DNA of 64,000 nt from Escherichia coli (GTDB lineage Bacteria > Pseudomonadota > Gammaproteobacteria > Enterobacterales > Enterobacteriaceae). Position 1 is the stretch's first letter. Each line of letters starts with the position of its first letter. Where the stretch lies: the NCBI RefSeq assembly GCF_044647545.1, contig NZ_CP172818.1; one strand, given 5' to 3'. The notes beneath the pieces are model-generated. The model did no database searches and was not told where the DNA came from. It saw only the letters and a list, made by a program, of their open reading frames with translations. The translations under genes and the position numbers were made by a program. Positions 48,267 through 60,259 of this stretch are shown here, piece by piece.

Positions 48267-50438
48267 TTAATGACTTTCTTTTTCGCGTAAACGCCAGGCG
48301 TGTAATAACGGTTCGGTATAGCCGTTTGGCTGTTTCACGCCGAGGAAGATTAAATCGCTGGCAGCTTTAAAAGCACACGAGTTAGCGAAATTCCCCGCCA
48401 TCGGACGATAAGCCGGATCGCCAGCGTTTTGCTGATCAACCACTTTCGCCATATTCTCCAGCGACGCCTGCACCTGTTCTTTGGTCAGAATACCGTGACG
48501 TAACCAGTTGGCGATATGCTGGCTGGAGATACGCAACGTTGCACGGTCTTCCATCAGCGCCACATTGTGAATATCCGGCACTTTTGAACAACCAATCCCC
48601 TGCTCCACCCAGCGCACCACGTAACCCAGAATCCCCTGCACGTTGTTATCCAGCTCTTGTTGGATCTCTTCCACTGACCAGTTAGCGTTTTCAGCCACCG
48701 GAATAGTCAGCAGATCGTCCAGCAGCGGTTCAAATTCAGCATTGAACTCGCTCTGGGCAATGTTGGCTTGCACGCTCTGTACGTTGGTTTGGTGGTAGTG
48801 CAGCGCATGGAGCGTAGCGGCAGTTGGCGACGGAACCCAGGCCGTGTTTGCCCCGGCACGCAGTTGGTCGCCCTTCTGGCTGTACATGTCTGCCATCAGG
48901 TCCGGCATTGCCCACATGCCTTTACCGATTTGCGCTTTACCGCGCAGCCCACAGAACAGGCCGGAAAGCACGTTATTACGCTCGTAGGCTTTGATCCAAG
49001 GCGTCGATTTCATCTGATTTTTACGCAGCATCGGGCCAGCTTCCATCACCGAATGCATTTCATCGCCGGTACGGTCGAGGAAACCGGTATTGATGAACGC
49101 CACGCGGTTGCGCGCCTGAGCGATACAGCTACGCAAGTTCAGCGAGGTCCGACGTTCTTCATCCATAATGCCCATTTTCAGGGTATTCGGTGCCATACCG
49201 AGCATTGTCTCAATGCGGGTAAACAGTTTGTTGGCGAACGCCACTTCCTGCGGACCGTGCATTTTCGGTTTCACAATATAGACGCTGCCAGTGCGCGAGT
49301 TTTTCTGCACTTTTAAATCATAGAGGGCAATCGCGCCAGTCATGACGCCATCAAGAATGCCTTCCGGGATTTCATTGCCTTCGCTGTCCCAAATCACAGG
49401 AATAGTCATCAAATGACCCACGTTGCGGATAAACAGCAGCGAGCGTCCGTGCAGAGAAATTTCAGAGCCATCGGCGGCGGTGTAATGACGATCGTCATTC
49501 AGTTTACGCACGATTTGTCGACCGTTCTTCTCCATTTTCTCTTGCAGAGTCCCCTGCATCAGGCCCAGCAGGTTGCGGTACAGCAGGATTTTATCTTCCG
49601 CATCAACCGCCGCGACCGAATCTTCGCAGTCGAGAATAGTACTGATGGCCGCTTCGACGATAACATCGTTGATATGCGCCGGATCGTCTTTGCCAATCCG
49701 CCCGTTGGCATCAATTTGCAGTTCAATATGCAGGCCGTTATTTTTCAGCAAAATGCAGGTCGGCGCAGCGGCATCGCCACGGTAACCGACAAACTGCGCC
49801 GGGGTACGTAACGTGGTTTCTTTACCATTTTTCAACTGGATGCGTAATTGTTTATCGACCACCTTAAACGCCAGCACATCCTGATAGCTGCCGTTTTCCA
49901 GCGGTAGAGATTCATCGAGGAAACGCCGAACCCAGGCGATAACCTGCTCACCGCGCTGCGGATCGTAGCCGCTGACCATCGCCCCTTCCTGCGGGATGAT
50001 GTCGCTGCCGTATAACGCATCGTACAGTGAGCCCCAGCGAGCGTTCGCCGCGTTCAGCGCGTAGCGGGCGTTCATTGCCGGAACCACCAGCTGTGACCCC
50101 GCCTGGCTGGTGATTTCGCTGTCAATGCCCGTGGTTTCCACCGTCACGCGCTCCGGTTGTGGCACCAGGTAGCCCAGTTCACGCAGGAAAGATTTATAGG
50201 CCTCTTTATCTTTAACCGGCCCCGGATTGCTGCGATGCCACTCATCAAGCGCCGCCTGAATGCGATCGCGTTCTGCCAGCAACTGACGATTTTCTGGTGC
50301 CAGATCGTGAACGATCTCATCAAAATTGCGCCAGAACGCCGCAGTGTCCAACCCTGTTCCCGGTAAAACTTCTTCATCCACAAAACGTTTAAAATTGGCG
50401 TTAATGCGTAAACGGCCCTGGGTTATGGTTTGACTCAT
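48267..50438 (-). CDS. glcB: Malate synthase G
   Basis: 723 aa ORF. Confidence 0.96.
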   Translation of the reverse strand: MSQTITQGRLRINANFKRFVDEEVLPGTGLDTAAFWRNFDEIVHDLAPENRQLLAERDRIQAALDEWHRSNPGPVKDKEAYKSFLRELGYLVPQPERVTVETTGIDSEITSQAGSQLVVPAMNARYALNAANARWGSLYDALYGSDIIPQEGAMVSGYDPQRGEQVIAWVRRFLDESLPLENGSYQDVLAFKVVDKQLRIQLKNGKETTLRTPAQFVGYRGDAAAPTCILLKNNGLHIELQIDANGRIGKDDPAHINDVIVEAAISTILDCEDSVAAVDAEDKILLYRNLLGLMQGTLQEKMEKNGRQIVRKLNDDRHYTAADGSEISLHGRSLLFIRNVGHLMTIPVIWDSEGNEIPEGILDGVMTGAIALYDLKVQKNSRTGSVYIVKPKMHGPQEVAFANKLFTRIETMLGMAPNTLKMGIMDEERRTSLNLRSCIAQARNRVAFINTGFLDRTGDEMHSVMEAGPMLRKNQMKSTPWIKAYERNNVLSGLFCGLRGKAQIGKGMWAMPDLMADMYSQKGDQLRAGANTAWVPSPTAATLHALHYHQTNVQSVQANIAQSEFNAEFEPLLDDLLTIPVAENANWSVEEIQQELDNNVQGILGYVVRWVEQGIGCSKVPDIHNVALMEDRATLRISSQHIANWLRHGILTKEQVQASLENMAKVVDQQNAGDPAYRPMAGNFANSCAFKAASDLIFLGVKQPNGYTEPLLHAWRLREKESH

Positions 50439-50459
50439 TGTTTATCTCCTCGTTTTCGC

Positions 50460-50864
50460 TTATTTCGCCAACACCGCTGCTGCCACTTTCGCGACCTGCG
50501 CATCCTGTGCTCCGGTTAAACCAGAAACGCCCACGGCACCAATAATTTGCCCATCCACAACAACCGGTACGCCACCTTCCAGCGACGTCAGTAACGGCGC
50601 AGTCACGAACGCGGTACGTCCGTTGTTCACCATCTCTTCATAGCCCTTAGTTTCACGACGCCCCAGCGCGGCGGTACGCGCTTTCTCCTGGGAGATGTAA
50701 GCCGCAATCGGCGCGCAATCGTCCATGCGACTTAACGCCAGCAGATGACCGCCGTCATCGGCAACAGCAATGGAAACAGACCAGTTATTTTTCTGCGCCT
50801 CTTCCTGACCTGCGGCAATAATTGCACTCGCCATTTGCTGGCTAAGAATGACTTTAGTTTTCAT
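50460..50864 (-). CDS. glcG: GlcG (heme-binding-like protein of the glc operon)
   Basis: Start at MKTKVILSQQMASAIIAAGQ; 134 aa. Confidence 0.9.
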   Translation of the reverse strand: MKTKVILSQQMASAIIAAGQEEAQKNNWSVSIAVADDGGHLLALSRMDDCAPIAAYISQEKARTAALGRRETKGYEEMVNNGRTAFVTAPLLTSLEGGVPVVVDGQIIGAVGVSGLTGAQDAQVAKVAAAVLAK

Positions 50865-50868
50865 TTTG

Positions 50869-52092
50869 TTATTCCTTTTCAAGGGCTTGTTCTACAATTT
50901 CAATCCAGTGACGCACAGAGGTACGACCGGCGCTCGCCAGATGCGTCTGGCAACCAATGTTGGCGGTGACGATCATTTCCGGTTTGCCGCTTTCCAGCGC
51001 ATTCATTTTGTTATCCCGCAGCTGGCGCGCCAGATCGGGATGCGTTAACGCATATGTTCCCGCCGACCCGCAGCACAGATGGCTGTCGGGAACGTCCGTT
51101 AAGGTAAATCCAAGACGAAGCAACACTTTTTCCACTTCGCCGTTCAGCTTTTGCGCATGTTGTAGGGTACACGGGCAGTGGAAGGCCAGTTTTTTATCGC
51201 CGCGAATTGCCAGTTTTTCCAGCGGTTCCTCGCGCAGAAGTTCGACTAAATCGACCGCCAGCTCACTGACCTGACGCGCTTTATCGGCATATAACGCATC
51301 GTTTTTCAGCATCTGCCCATACTCTTTAACGAACGCGCCACAACCGCTGGCGGTTTGCAAAATTGCCTCGGCACCTGCTTCAATCGCGGGCCACCAGGCA
51401 TCAATATTATTTCGCGCCCGCGCCAGCCCTTTCTCTTGCGCATTAAGATGATAGTCCACCGCGCCACAACAGCCTGCTTCGTTAGCTGGCATGACGCTGA
51501 TCCCCAGACGATCCAGCACTCGCGCGGTTGCCGCGTTGGTGTTGGGCGAAAGCGTAGGCTGGGCGCAGCCTTCCAGCATTAAAACCCGACGCTTATGGCG
51601 CAGCGGTGGTCGCGGTTTAGCTTTCACCGTTTCGGCGGGCAGTTTTGCTCTGACCTGTTCCGGCAGAAACGGTCGCAGCACCAGTCCTACCTGCGTCAGC
51701 GCACGGAAGACCGCCGGACGCGGCACTACCTGGCGCAATCCTTCGCGCAGCATTCGCTCCGGCAATGGGCGTTTCACTTTCTGCTCGACAATATCACGCC
51801 CGATATCCAGCAAATTGTGATAGCGCACACCAGAAGGACAGGTGGTTTCACAATTACGGCAAGTGAGACAGCGATCGAGATGTTCCTGCGTTTTAAGCGT
51901 GACGTCGTTGCCTTCCAGCACCTGTTTAATCAGATAGATGCGCCCGCGCGGCCCGTCCAGTTCATCGCCCAGAAGCTGATAGGTTGGGCAGGTTGCGGTA
52001 CAAAATCCGCAGTGAACACAGGCGCGCAGGATGCTGTCGGCTTCCAGCGCGCGCGCGTTCTGCCGCATCTCTTCAGTTAATTGGGTTTGCAT
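50869..52092 (-). CDS. glcF: Glycolate oxidase iron-sulfur subunit
   Basis: Start at MQTQLTEEMRQNARALEADS; two CxxCxxCxxxCP ferredoxin motifs; 407 aa. Confidence 0.93.
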   Translation of the reverse strand: MQTQLTEEMRQNARALEADSILRACVHCGFCTATCPTYQLLGDELDGPRGRIYLIKQVLEGNDVTLKTQEHLDRCLTCRNCETTCPSGVRYHNLLDIGRDIVEQKVKRPLPERMLREGLRQVVPRPAVFRALTQVGLVLRPFLPEQVRAKLPAETVKAKPRPPLRHKRRVLMLEGCAQPTLSPNTNAATARVLDRLGISVMPANEAGCCGAVDYHLNAQEKGLARARNNIDAWWPAIEAGAEAILQTASGCGAFVKEYGQMLKNDALYADKARQVSELAVDLVELLREEPLEKLAIRGDKKLAFHCPCTLQHAQKLNGEVEKVLLRLGFTLTDVPDSHLCCGSAGTYALTHPDLARQLRDNKMNALESGKPEMIVTANIGCQTHLASAGRTSVRHWIEIVEQALEKE

Positions 52093-52102
52093 AGCCTGCT
52101 CC

Positions 52103-53155
52103 TCAAAGTTCCGCGTACATGCGACCGGGGTTAAACACGCCGCAAGGGTCGAGCTGCTGTTTAAGCTGCTGGTGATAGCGGAATAAAGGAGCCGGTAGCG
52201 GGGCAAAGCCACCATCTCCGGCACTAAAGCGGGTCGCATGACCGCCCGCGTTGCGGGCGATGCGATGGATTTGATTGTCATCGGCTGTCGATTTCAGCCA
52301 GTGTAGCGCCCCGCCCCAGTCGATCAGTTGCTCGCCGGGTAAATCTATCATCGGCGCATCGCTGGGTAAGGAAATGCGCCATAAGGTACCTGGTAACGAG
52401 AAGAACGGCAGTTGTTGTTCACGCAATTGCTGCCAGAACTGACCCGCAACCTCTTCGCCCCCCAGCAGTTCACGCGCTGCTTTTACCGATCCTTCGCCGC
52501 CCTCAAGGCGGATCCACAACGCATTGTCGAAGTAACATAAGCCACTAATGGGTAATGGCTGGAGTTGCCACTGGGCGATTTCATTCATGGCTTCTTGCAG
52601 GCTGATTTCCCGACGCAGACTCAGGGTGGCGCGTGGTCGCGGTAACACTTTCATCGAGATTTCAGTGAGCACACCAAGACAACCGTAGCTTCCGGCCATT
52701 AATCGCGAGAGATCGTATCCGGCAACGTTTTTCATCACTTCGCCACCAAAACGCAGATGTTTTCCAGTGCCGGTAATGATGCGCGTGCCGAGGACAAAAT
52801 CGCGGACCGAACCGCTCCACGGACGACGCGGCCCCGCCAGCCCGCAGGCGACCATCCCGCCCCAGGTGGCTTCTTCACCATAATGCGGCGGCTCGCAGGG
52901 GAGCATTTGCCCGGCGCTCTCCAGCGCTGCTTCAATCGCCACCAGCGGCGTTCCGGCACGAGCGGTTATCACCAGCTCGGTCGGGTCGTAATTAACAATG
53001 CCGCGATGACAACGCACATCTAGCGTTTGCCCGGTGACAGGACGACCTAAAAAGGCTTTGCTATTGCTGCCCTGAATCACCAACGGCGTTTTATCGCTAA
53101 TCGCCTGATTCACCTGCTCCAGCAGCGCCTGGCTGTAATCACACTCGCGTAGCAT
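52103..53155 (-). CDS. glcE: Glycolate oxidase FAD-binding subunit
   Basis: 350 aa ORF. Confidence 0.93.
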   Translation of the reverse strand: MLRECDYSQALLEQVNQAISDKTPLVIQGSNSKAFLGRPVTGQTLDVRCHRGIVNYDPTELVITARAGTPLVAIEAALESAGQMLPCEPPHYGEEATWGGMVACGLAGPRRPWSGSVRDFVLGTRIITGTGKHLRFGGEVMKNVAGYDLSRLMAGSYGCLGVLTEISMKVLPRPRATLSLRREISLQEAMNEIAQWQLQPLPISGLCYFDNALWIRLEGGEGSVKAARELLGGEEVAGQFWQQLREQQLPFFSLPGTLWRISLPSDAPMIDLPGEQLIDWGGALHWLKSTADDNQIHRIARNAGGHATRFSAGDGGFAPLPAPLFRYHQQLKQQLDPCGVFNPGRMYAEL

Positions 53156-54654
53156 CAGAAACGCTCCAGTTCAGGAAAAGGTAAATGACCGTGATGCACA
53201 TGCATGGCACCAAATTCAGCACAGCGGTGTAGCGTGGGAATGTTTTTCCCAGGGTTCAGCAAACCATCGGGGTCAAACGCCGCCTTGACCGCATGGAAGG
53301 TCGTGATTTCATCGCTGTTGAACTGGGCGCACATTTGATTGATTTTTTCTCGCCCGATGCCATGTTCGCCACTGATGCTGCCGCCAACTTCAACGCAGAG
53401 TTCGAGGATCTTCCCGCCCAGCTCTTCCGCGCGGGCAAATTCACCGGGTTCGTTGGCATCGAAAAGGATTAACGGGTGCATGTTGCCATCTCCGGCATGA
53501 AAGACGTTGGCAACACGTAAATCATATTGCTGCGATAAACGGGCAATGCCTTCCAGTACGCCAGGCAGGGCGCGACGCGGGATGGTGCCATCCATGCAGT
53601 AGTAATCCGGGGAGATACGTCCTACCGCCGGGAACGCATTTTTGCGACCGGCCCAGAAACGTACGCGCTCTGCTTCGTCCTGTGCCAGACGGACGTCAGT
53701 CGCGCCCGCTTTCAACAAGATGTCGTTAACCCGCTCGCAGTCTTCCTGTACGTCAGACTCCACGCCGTCCAGCTCGCATAACAAAATCGCTTCGGCGTCG
53801 ACGGGATAACCGGCATGAATAAAATCTTCCGCCGCGCGGATCGACAGGTTATCCATCATCTCCAGCCCGCCGGGGATAATGCCATTGGCGATGATGTCAC
53901 CAACCGCAAGTCCGGCTTTTTCTACCGAGTCAAAGCTGGCTAACAGAACCCGCGCCACGGGCGGCTTCGGCAGCAGTTTTACCGTCACTTCGGTGGTCAC
54001 GCCGAGCATACCTTCCGATCCGGTGAACAGCGCCAGCAGGTCAAAACCAGGTGAATCCAGCGCGTCCGATCCAAGCGTCAGTGCCTCGCCGTCCAGCGTT
54101 TGCACTTCAATTTTCAGCAGGTTATGTACGGTCAGACCATATTTCAGGCAGTGGACGCCGCCGGCATTTTCAGCCACATTGCCGCCAATGGAACAGGCGA
54201 TTTGTGAGGAAGGGTCCGGTGCGTAGTAGAGATTATGCGGTGCAACGGCCTGGGAGATCGCCAGGTTACGCACGCCTGGCTGCACGCGCGCGCGGCGACC
54301 AACGGGGTTAATGTCGAGGATCTCTTTAAAGCGCGCCATCACCAACAACACACCTTTTTCCAGCGGCAGCGCGCCACCAGAAAGCCCGGTGCCTGCACCA
54401 CGGGTCACCACCGGTACACGCAGGCGATGGCAGACAGCCAGAATCGCTGTCACCTGTTCCATTTGCTTAGGCAGAACAACCAGTAATGGACGCGTGCGAT
54501 ACGCGCTCAACCCGTCACACTCGTAAGGAATGATCTCCTCATCGGTATGCAGGATCTCAAGTCCAGGGACATGCTCACGCAGTGCCATCAGTACCGATGT
54601 GCGGTCGACATCGGGTAAAGCGCCATCAAGACGCTCTTCGTACAAGATGCTCAT
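53155..54654 (-). CDS. glcD: Glycolate oxidase subunit GlcD (FAD-linked)
   Basis: 499 aa ORF. Confidence 0.95.
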   Translation of the reverse strand: MSILYEERLDGALPDVDRTSVLMALREHVPGLEILHTDEEIIPYECDGLSAYRTRPLLVVLPKQMEQVTAILAVCHRLRVPVVTRGAGTGLSGGALPLEKGVLLVMARFKEILDINPVGRRARVQPGVRNLAISQAVAPHNLYYAPDPSSQIACSIGGNVAENAGGVHCLKYGLTVHNLLKIEVQTLDGEALTLGSDALDSPGFDLLALFTGSEGMLGVTTEVTVKLLPKPPVARVLLASFDSVEKAGLAVGDIIANGIIPGGLEMMDNLSIRAAEDFIHAGYPVDAEAILLCELDGVESDVQEDCERVNDILLKAGATDVRLAQDEAERVRFWAGRKNAFPAVGRISPDYYCMDGTIPRRALPGVLEGIARLSQQYDLRVANVFHAGDGNMHPLILFDANEPGEFARAEELGGKILELCVEVGGSISGEHGIGREKINQMCAQFNSDEITTFHAVKAAFDPDGLLNPGKNIPTLHRCAEFGAMHVHHGHLPFPELERF

Positions 54655-54904
54655 GAGTAGGCTTCGCTTTGTTGTGTTGTGTGGCAGCTGATTTTTGCGC
54701 GCTGCTTCTGTGAACAGTTATTAAGCGGGCTTTTCGTTTTCGTCTATCTCTTTAGCTACCGGTCAGACCATTTTTTTTCCAGCTCTGTGACCTTGTCTTG
54801 GTTAACTCAATGTTAAATTGATGTAACATAATCACTTACGTGATGTGCGTGTTTTGCGAGTTAAGAACAGAAAAATTGGTCCTACCTGTGCACGAGGTCC
54901 GGGA
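54655..54904. promoter_or_regulatory. Divergent glcD / glcC promoter region
   Basis: Intergenic between divergently oriented glcD and glcC; by position. Confidence 0.4.
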
Positions 54905-55669
54905 ATGAAAGATGAACGTCGCCCTATTTGCGAAGTGGTTGCAGAGAGTATCGAACGGTTAATTATCGACGGCGTACTGAAGGTCGGTCAGCCGCTTCCC
55001 TCGGAACGTCGACTGTGTGAAAAGCTCGGCTTCTCACGCTCCGCACTGCGTGAAGGGCTGACCGTGCTGCGCGGGCGCGGGATTATTGAAACGGCGCAGG
55101 GTCGCGATTCTCGTGTCGCACGGCTTAATCGGGTGCAGGACACCAGCCCGCTGATCCATCTGTTCAGTACGCAGCCGCGAACGCTGTACGATCTGCTCGA
55201 CGTTCGCGCATTACTGGAGGGCGAATCGGCAAGGCTGGCGGCAACGCTGGGAACGCAGGCTGATTTTGTTGTGATAACCCGCTGTTATGAAAAAATGCTC
55301 GCCGCCAGTGAGAACAACAAAGAGATTTCGCTGATCGAACATGCGCAGTTGGATCACGCTTTCCATCTCGCCATTTGTCAGGCTTCTCACAATCAGGTGC
55401 TGGTGTTTACGCTGCAATCATTGACCGATCTGATGTTTAATTCAGTGTTTGCCAGCGTAAATAATCTCTACCATCGACCACAGCAAAAAAAGCAGATCGA
55501 TCGCCAGCATGCGCGGATCTACAACGCGGTGTTGCAGCGGCTGCCGCACGTCGCCCAGCGCGCAGCACGCGATCATGTGCGGACCGTGAAAAAGAATCTC
55601 CACGATATCGAGCTGGAAGGCCACCATTTGATTCGCTCGGCGGTGCCGCTGGAGATGAACCTGAGTTAG
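54905..55669 (+). CDS. glcC: GntR-family transcriptional activator of the glc operon
   Basis: Start at MKDERRPICEVVAESIERLI; 254 aa. Confidence 0.94.
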   Translation: MKDERRPICEVVAESIERLIIDGVLKVGQPLPSERRLCEKLGFSRSALREGLTVLRGRGIIETAQGRDSRVARLNRVQDTSPLIHLFSTQPRTLYDLLDVRALLEGESARLAATLGTQADFVVITRCYEKMLAASENNKEISLIEHAQLDHAFHLAICQASHNQVLVFTLQSLTDLMFNSVFASVNNLYHRPQQKKQIDRQHARIYNAVLQRLPHVAQRAARDHVRTVKKNLHDIELEGHHLIRSAVPLEMNLS

Positions 55670-55675
55670 CTGGTA

Positions 55676-56950
55676 TTAAATCTGCTTTTCATACAATCGG
55701 TAACGCTTGTACGGCTCCGCCCCAATGCGTTCCAGCATGTTATTCATGCCTGTATTGGTTTCGAGGATCCATGACATCTCCAGCGCATCGATCTTCCGGC
55801 GGGCAAACGGATCGCGTAAGGCTTCAATCAATAACAGCGCAATCACCGGGCCGATGCGGCTGAACTGATACTCGTCGCGCACGCCCATCAGCGGTACTCG
55901 CGCAGTTCGCACACCGCTGACTTTCAAACGCCACAGCAATTTTGCCCAGCCGAAGGGAAAGAGCGATCCGTTCAGATCGGCAATCGCCTCGTTGATGTTC
56001 GGCAAGCCGACAATAAACGCGCAGGGTGCAGAATCAATCTCAGCGATATAGATCATATCGTCCGGCACCAGATATTTAAGTTGATCGCCCATGGTCGCGA
56101 ATTCATGTTCGGTAAACGGCACAAATCCCCAGTTGTGCTGCCAGCCAGAGTTGAAAATCTCACGCAGGATCTGCATCTCTTCGGCAAACCGCTGACGATT
56201 GATGCAGCGAATGGTCACCTTTTTGCGCACCTGATCCATCAGTTTTTTTAGCGCCGGAGAGAAAGTGAGATCGGTTCGCTGCATCCACCACGCCAGTAAA
56301 TCAATGCCTTTGTGATAACCCAGTTGTTCAATATGCGCGGCATACCACGGTTTGCCGTGTGGCATCATCGCACAGGGTGGTGTGTCAAAACCTTCAATCA
56401 GTAATCCGCTTTCCTGATTGATATTCAGGCTGAAAGGACCGCTGATCTTACTTGCACCTTGTGACTTCAACCACGCTTCCGCTGCGCCAAACAACGCGGC
56501 AAAAACCTGCGGATCATCAATGGCGTCAATCATGCCGAAATGACCGGTATCTTTGCCGTAACGCTCGCGGTGCAAGGTATCTATTTGCGCGGTAATACGC
56601 CCAACTATCTGCCCCGCTTTTTTTGCCACCCACGCCTGCCAGATGATATGGTCCGTCCCCGGATTTTTCGCAGACAAATGCTCGTTGCGTTCAATGAATA
56701 AAGGGGGTATCCAGTTTGGATCGTCGGGATAAAGTGATGACGGAAAAGCGATAAATGCCTTAAGGTCATTTTTATTAAAGACGTCGCGAAACTGAAGACA
56801 ACCGGAAATTAACTTAAAACACTCCGAACGAATTTTATAATAAAAAACGATCGCGTCATACCGAAACAATACGATTCGTAAGTTTTTTTCCATATCCTTA
56901 TCGCGTCCCTCATTCAATCGTTTTAAGCCAGGATCCCTGGTTAACGGCAA
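55676..56950 (-). CDS. yghO: YghO, uncharacterised protein (possibly GNAT-like acyltransferase); start uncertain (alternative ATG at 56893)
   Basis: 424 aa ORF in the expected position after glcC; fold assignment is a guess. Confidence 0.7.
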   Translation of the reverse strand: MPLTRDPGLKRLNEGRDKDMEKNLRIVLFRYDAIVFYYKIRSECFKLISGCLQFRDVFNKNDLKAFIAFPSSLYPDDPNWIPPLFIERNEHLSAKNPGTDHIIWQAWVAKKAGQIVGRITAQIDTLHRERYGKDTGHFGMIDAIDDPQVFAALFGAAEAWLKSQGASKISGPFSLNINQESGLLIEGFDTPPCAMMPHGKPWYAAHIEQLGYHKGIDLLAWWMQRTDLTFSPALKKLMDQVRKKVTIRCINRQRFAEEMQILREIFNSGWQHNWGFVPFTEHEFATMGDQLKYLVPDDMIYIAEIDSAPCAFIVGLPNINEAIADLNGSLFPFGWAKLLWRLKVSGVRTARVPLMGVRDEYQFSRIGPVIALLLIEALRDPFARRKIDALEMSWILETNTGMNNMLERIGAEPYKRYRLYEKQI

Positions 56951-57900
56951 TACGAACGATTCCTCACGTCCATTCGAACGATATCCCTACCTCCATACAC
57001 CTCCCACACCCTTTCCGGCTCATTATCACCCACCGAAGAGGCTAATCACGTCTATAACACGACGGCATTAAATTACCCGCGACCGCATCGCTCCTCTACC
57101 ATGAAGGGACGGTCGGCTTGACCCCCCCACGCACCATAGATTACGCACCAATCACTCCCCAAGCTTAAAGACATAAAAACCGGCACCTCCCCCGCCCATG
57201 AATTTCCACGCCCTGAATGAAAGAAATCCCTGAACTGGATCTTTCTCTGCGCGTCGCGGTATTTCAGAACCCATCTCCAGAACAGACTCTATCAATTTGC
57301 CATGCCCCACATTAACTATGATCATTCAACCCACGCATACAACGAATACATTTTAACCACCCTTTTAACATACCAACCGATTCCTCCACTCCACCGAAAA
57401 TTATACGCCTACCTCCATACACCCCCACACCGTTTCCCGTCATTACACCCACCGAACACCGAACACTCTATAACACACGCATTAAATACCCCCGACCCCT
57501 CTCCCCTTTCACCAATAATTCGGCTTTCTCCTGACCCCCCCACCACATAATTACATAATTTACTCCAATTAAAATCATAAAAAATCCGGCATTTCTCCTC
57601 TATGAATCCACTAATAAAAAATCTAATGGATCTCCCCTTACAAACACCCAAACAACCATCAATAATTTATTAAACAAACTCAACACAAAAATTCACTTTT
57701 ATGAACTCTTAACGAATATCCACACCAAACAGTAAACCCCTCAAACACGCCTATCGATTTTCCGTCAAGTAAAACTTTTGAACAGATTGAAAATCCGCAG
57801 TGAAGCATATCCGGCGCGGCGGAATTTAGTGCAGATGCTTCATCACTCCTCTCAACCTTTAACGAAATCCAATCTCAAATCAGTAAACCTCCCCGGTCAA
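56940..57900. repeat. Degenerate direct repeats in a G-poor, C/A/T-rich non-coding block
   Basis: Two diverged copies about 440 bp apart (from about 56940 and 57380) sharing the motif CGATTCCTC...CCTACCTCCATACACC...CACCCACCGAA...CATTAAAT; no coherent ORF. Confidence 0.6.
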
Positions 57901-58024
57901 AACGCCTATCACTTCTCAACTGCGGCAAAGCTGGAAATTATTAAATCCAGCACTGTGAGCGGTGTATGCCTTGGCGGAACAGTTTCGGTAAGCCACCTCA
58001 TCTCCGGTCCGTCTATGACTTACT

Positions 58025-58300
58025 TTGGCGACCAGTTCGCAAGCAATTGCCGCGACGGGCTGGTTAGACACCGGCGACCTCGGTTATCTGCTGGACGGTT
58101 ATCTGTATGTCACCGGACGCATTAAAGATCTGATTATTATTCGTGGCCGTAATATCTGGCCGCAGGATATTGAATATATAGCGGAACAGGAACCGGAAAT
58201 TCATTCTGGCGATGCGATTGCTTTTGTTACCGCCCAGGAAAAAATCATTTTGCAGATCCAGTGTCGGATCAGCGACGAAGAACGTCGCGGGCAGGTTTCC
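58025..58300 (+). pseudogene. Fragment of an acyl-CoA synthetase / AMP-binding enzyme (C-terminal region only)
   Basis: Translation ...GWLDTGDLGYLLDGYLYVTGRIKDLIIIRGRNIWPQDIEYIA... matches the conserved C-terminal region of adenylate-forming enzymes; upstream frame is lost. Confidence 0.6.
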
Positions 58301-58558
58301 CACCCCGCACGCGGCCAAAATGAAAATGGAGTTACCCCTGCTAGCGATTTTCGATCTCTCCACACCACACCCTTTTACGGCCCCTCCAACCCCACCCGTG
58401 CGCAAGCGGAAACACGTAAACATTAGCGTAGGCTTCTAGTCTCAATGTTCATGAACCCCAATCATTAATCAAACTGACACTGTGACGGTGGCGAGCGGTA
58501 CTAGCTTTAAAGGTATTAATATTATAACCTGCTCGCCCGCGGCTTTCACGTTCGCGCA

Positions 58559-58840
58559 TTGACGCGTACTGCCCGCGCTCACGTCAATGATAATCTCCCC
58601 TCGGTGGGGGGTTGGCTGCAGGATACTCATTCACTTAGCGAGCTGGTTGCCGGAGCCAGCGTAGTGGTCCATTGCGCCGGGCAAGTGCGCGGGACAAGCA
58701 CCACGCTAATCGACCAGTCTAACCTTACCAAGCACCAAAGAGAGCTGCTAGCGCCAACGGTGTCCGTTTTTTTCTACCCTTTTCTCTTTCTATCTTCAGT
58801 TCCCCCGTACCCAAACGCGCTATACTGCTCTGAGCAATGA
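58559..58840 (+). pseudogene. Possible fragment of an NAD-dependent epimerase/dehydratase or SDR
   Basis: Short VVHCAGQV stretch resembling the DxVxHxAA region of Rossmann epimerases; weak. Confidence 0.25.
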
Positions 58841-59764
58841 CAATCAGTAATGGCGGACCAAATGACGCTGGTGGTGGACCACCTTACAGTCGGCGTTTTT
58901 CCCGCGAAAAAAGTGTTTAAACCCCGCGTTGACGGGATGAAACCCCTCTTTCTGTGACTACTTGGCGCCCTACAGACACAGCTTTCTTTGCCGGATATCA
59001 CCCTTTTTTTTCAGCAGGTGACCAATTAAGCCGGAGAAGCGCCTCAATGATACAGACGCAAAAATACAAGCAAACCTATGAATTATGCGATGGCGTCGCC
59101 GGCGGCTATGACTGGCAACGCGTACAGCAACTTGCCGCCGACGCCCGTTGCGGTTCCCTGGATGGTGTTCATTGCCGGTACTCACCGGCCTTGCGGATAT
59201 CAGTACCGCGTTGAGTCGCCTGGCAGGTAAAGAACCTATGCTCTACCCGTCGAAAATTCGTGAATTAACCCACGCTACCTTTCGTCAACTTCTAACCCTG
59301 TTGTTGAAGATAGTTAGCCTGGTCCCCGGATTACCCAGCAAGACGTATTACTTAACTTGTTTTTTGGTCTGTCACGTTTATATGTTTAATAATGTAATAA
59401 TAATAAATTGTAAAATTTCCTTTTTACAGGATTTTGTCGATATAGTGTAGTTATTCCGAAAGAGGGGGATCTCGTAAGCGCTATAGCCATTGCGTCGATG
59501 AACGTGCTGGGACTCTTTCTAATGGTTGGAGCCCGTAACGATGTTTCCATACCGATTCATATTTTGATGGCTATTAATACCCCTGCGGATGTCATAACCA
59601 CTGTGCTATCATGGGTGGCGCTTCTATCATGGGGCTATAAGGTAGATGTGCGCGACTAGCTAGAGGGCGACTGCGCTTTCGAGCCACCGCATTTTAGCCA
59701 TTACGGGTTACTCACCTGTTTATGATGTTTATTTCCGCCACCGAAGGCCGGATCGGCAATAAAA

Positions 59765-60259
59765 ATGATATCTGGCCGGGACCGATTTTTCGGTTTTGTA
59801 ACCTTTAATCATGATGCCATAGGCGAAGGTCAGGCCGCGTTAGCGGCCCAAGGTACCGGCACCACCGGTTCTCGTATGGCAAACGGCAGTTATGCGCCGC
59901 ACCTGGCGTTAGAGAAAGAGATTGCCGAGTTTTTCAATCGCCCTACCGCTATCGTTTTTTCAACCGGTTATACCGCTAATTTAGGCGTCATCAGCGCACT
60001 TGCCGACCATAACGCCGTGGTGTTACTGGATGCCGACAGCCACGCCAGTATTTATGACGCCTGTTCTCTCGGTGGCGCGGAAATTATTCGTTTCCGCCAT
60101 AACGATGCTAAAGATCTGGAACGGCGGATGGTTCGCCCCGGTGAACGGGCGAAAGAGGCGATTATCATCGTTGAGGGTATCTACAGCATGCTCGGTGACG
60201 TTGCGCCGTTAGCGGAAATTGTTGATAAACATCTGCGTGTGGGTGATTTTTGTTTCTAG
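59765..60259 (+). pseudogene. Fragment of a PLP-dependent alpha-oxoamine synthase (BioF/Kbl/serine palmitoyltransferase family)
   Basis: Translation ...GTGTTGSRMANGSYAPHLALEKEIAEFFNRPTAIVFSTGYTANLGVISALADHNAVVLLDADSHASIYDACSLGGAEIIRFRHNDAKDLERRM... is typical of the family; N- and C-termini missing. Confidence 0.65.

Noticed and set aside
55676-57000. IS5 (insH) insertion expected next to yghO in K-12
   Set aside because: No IS5 transposase ORF or IS terminal inverted repeats are present; the region is filled by the degenerate repeat block instead.
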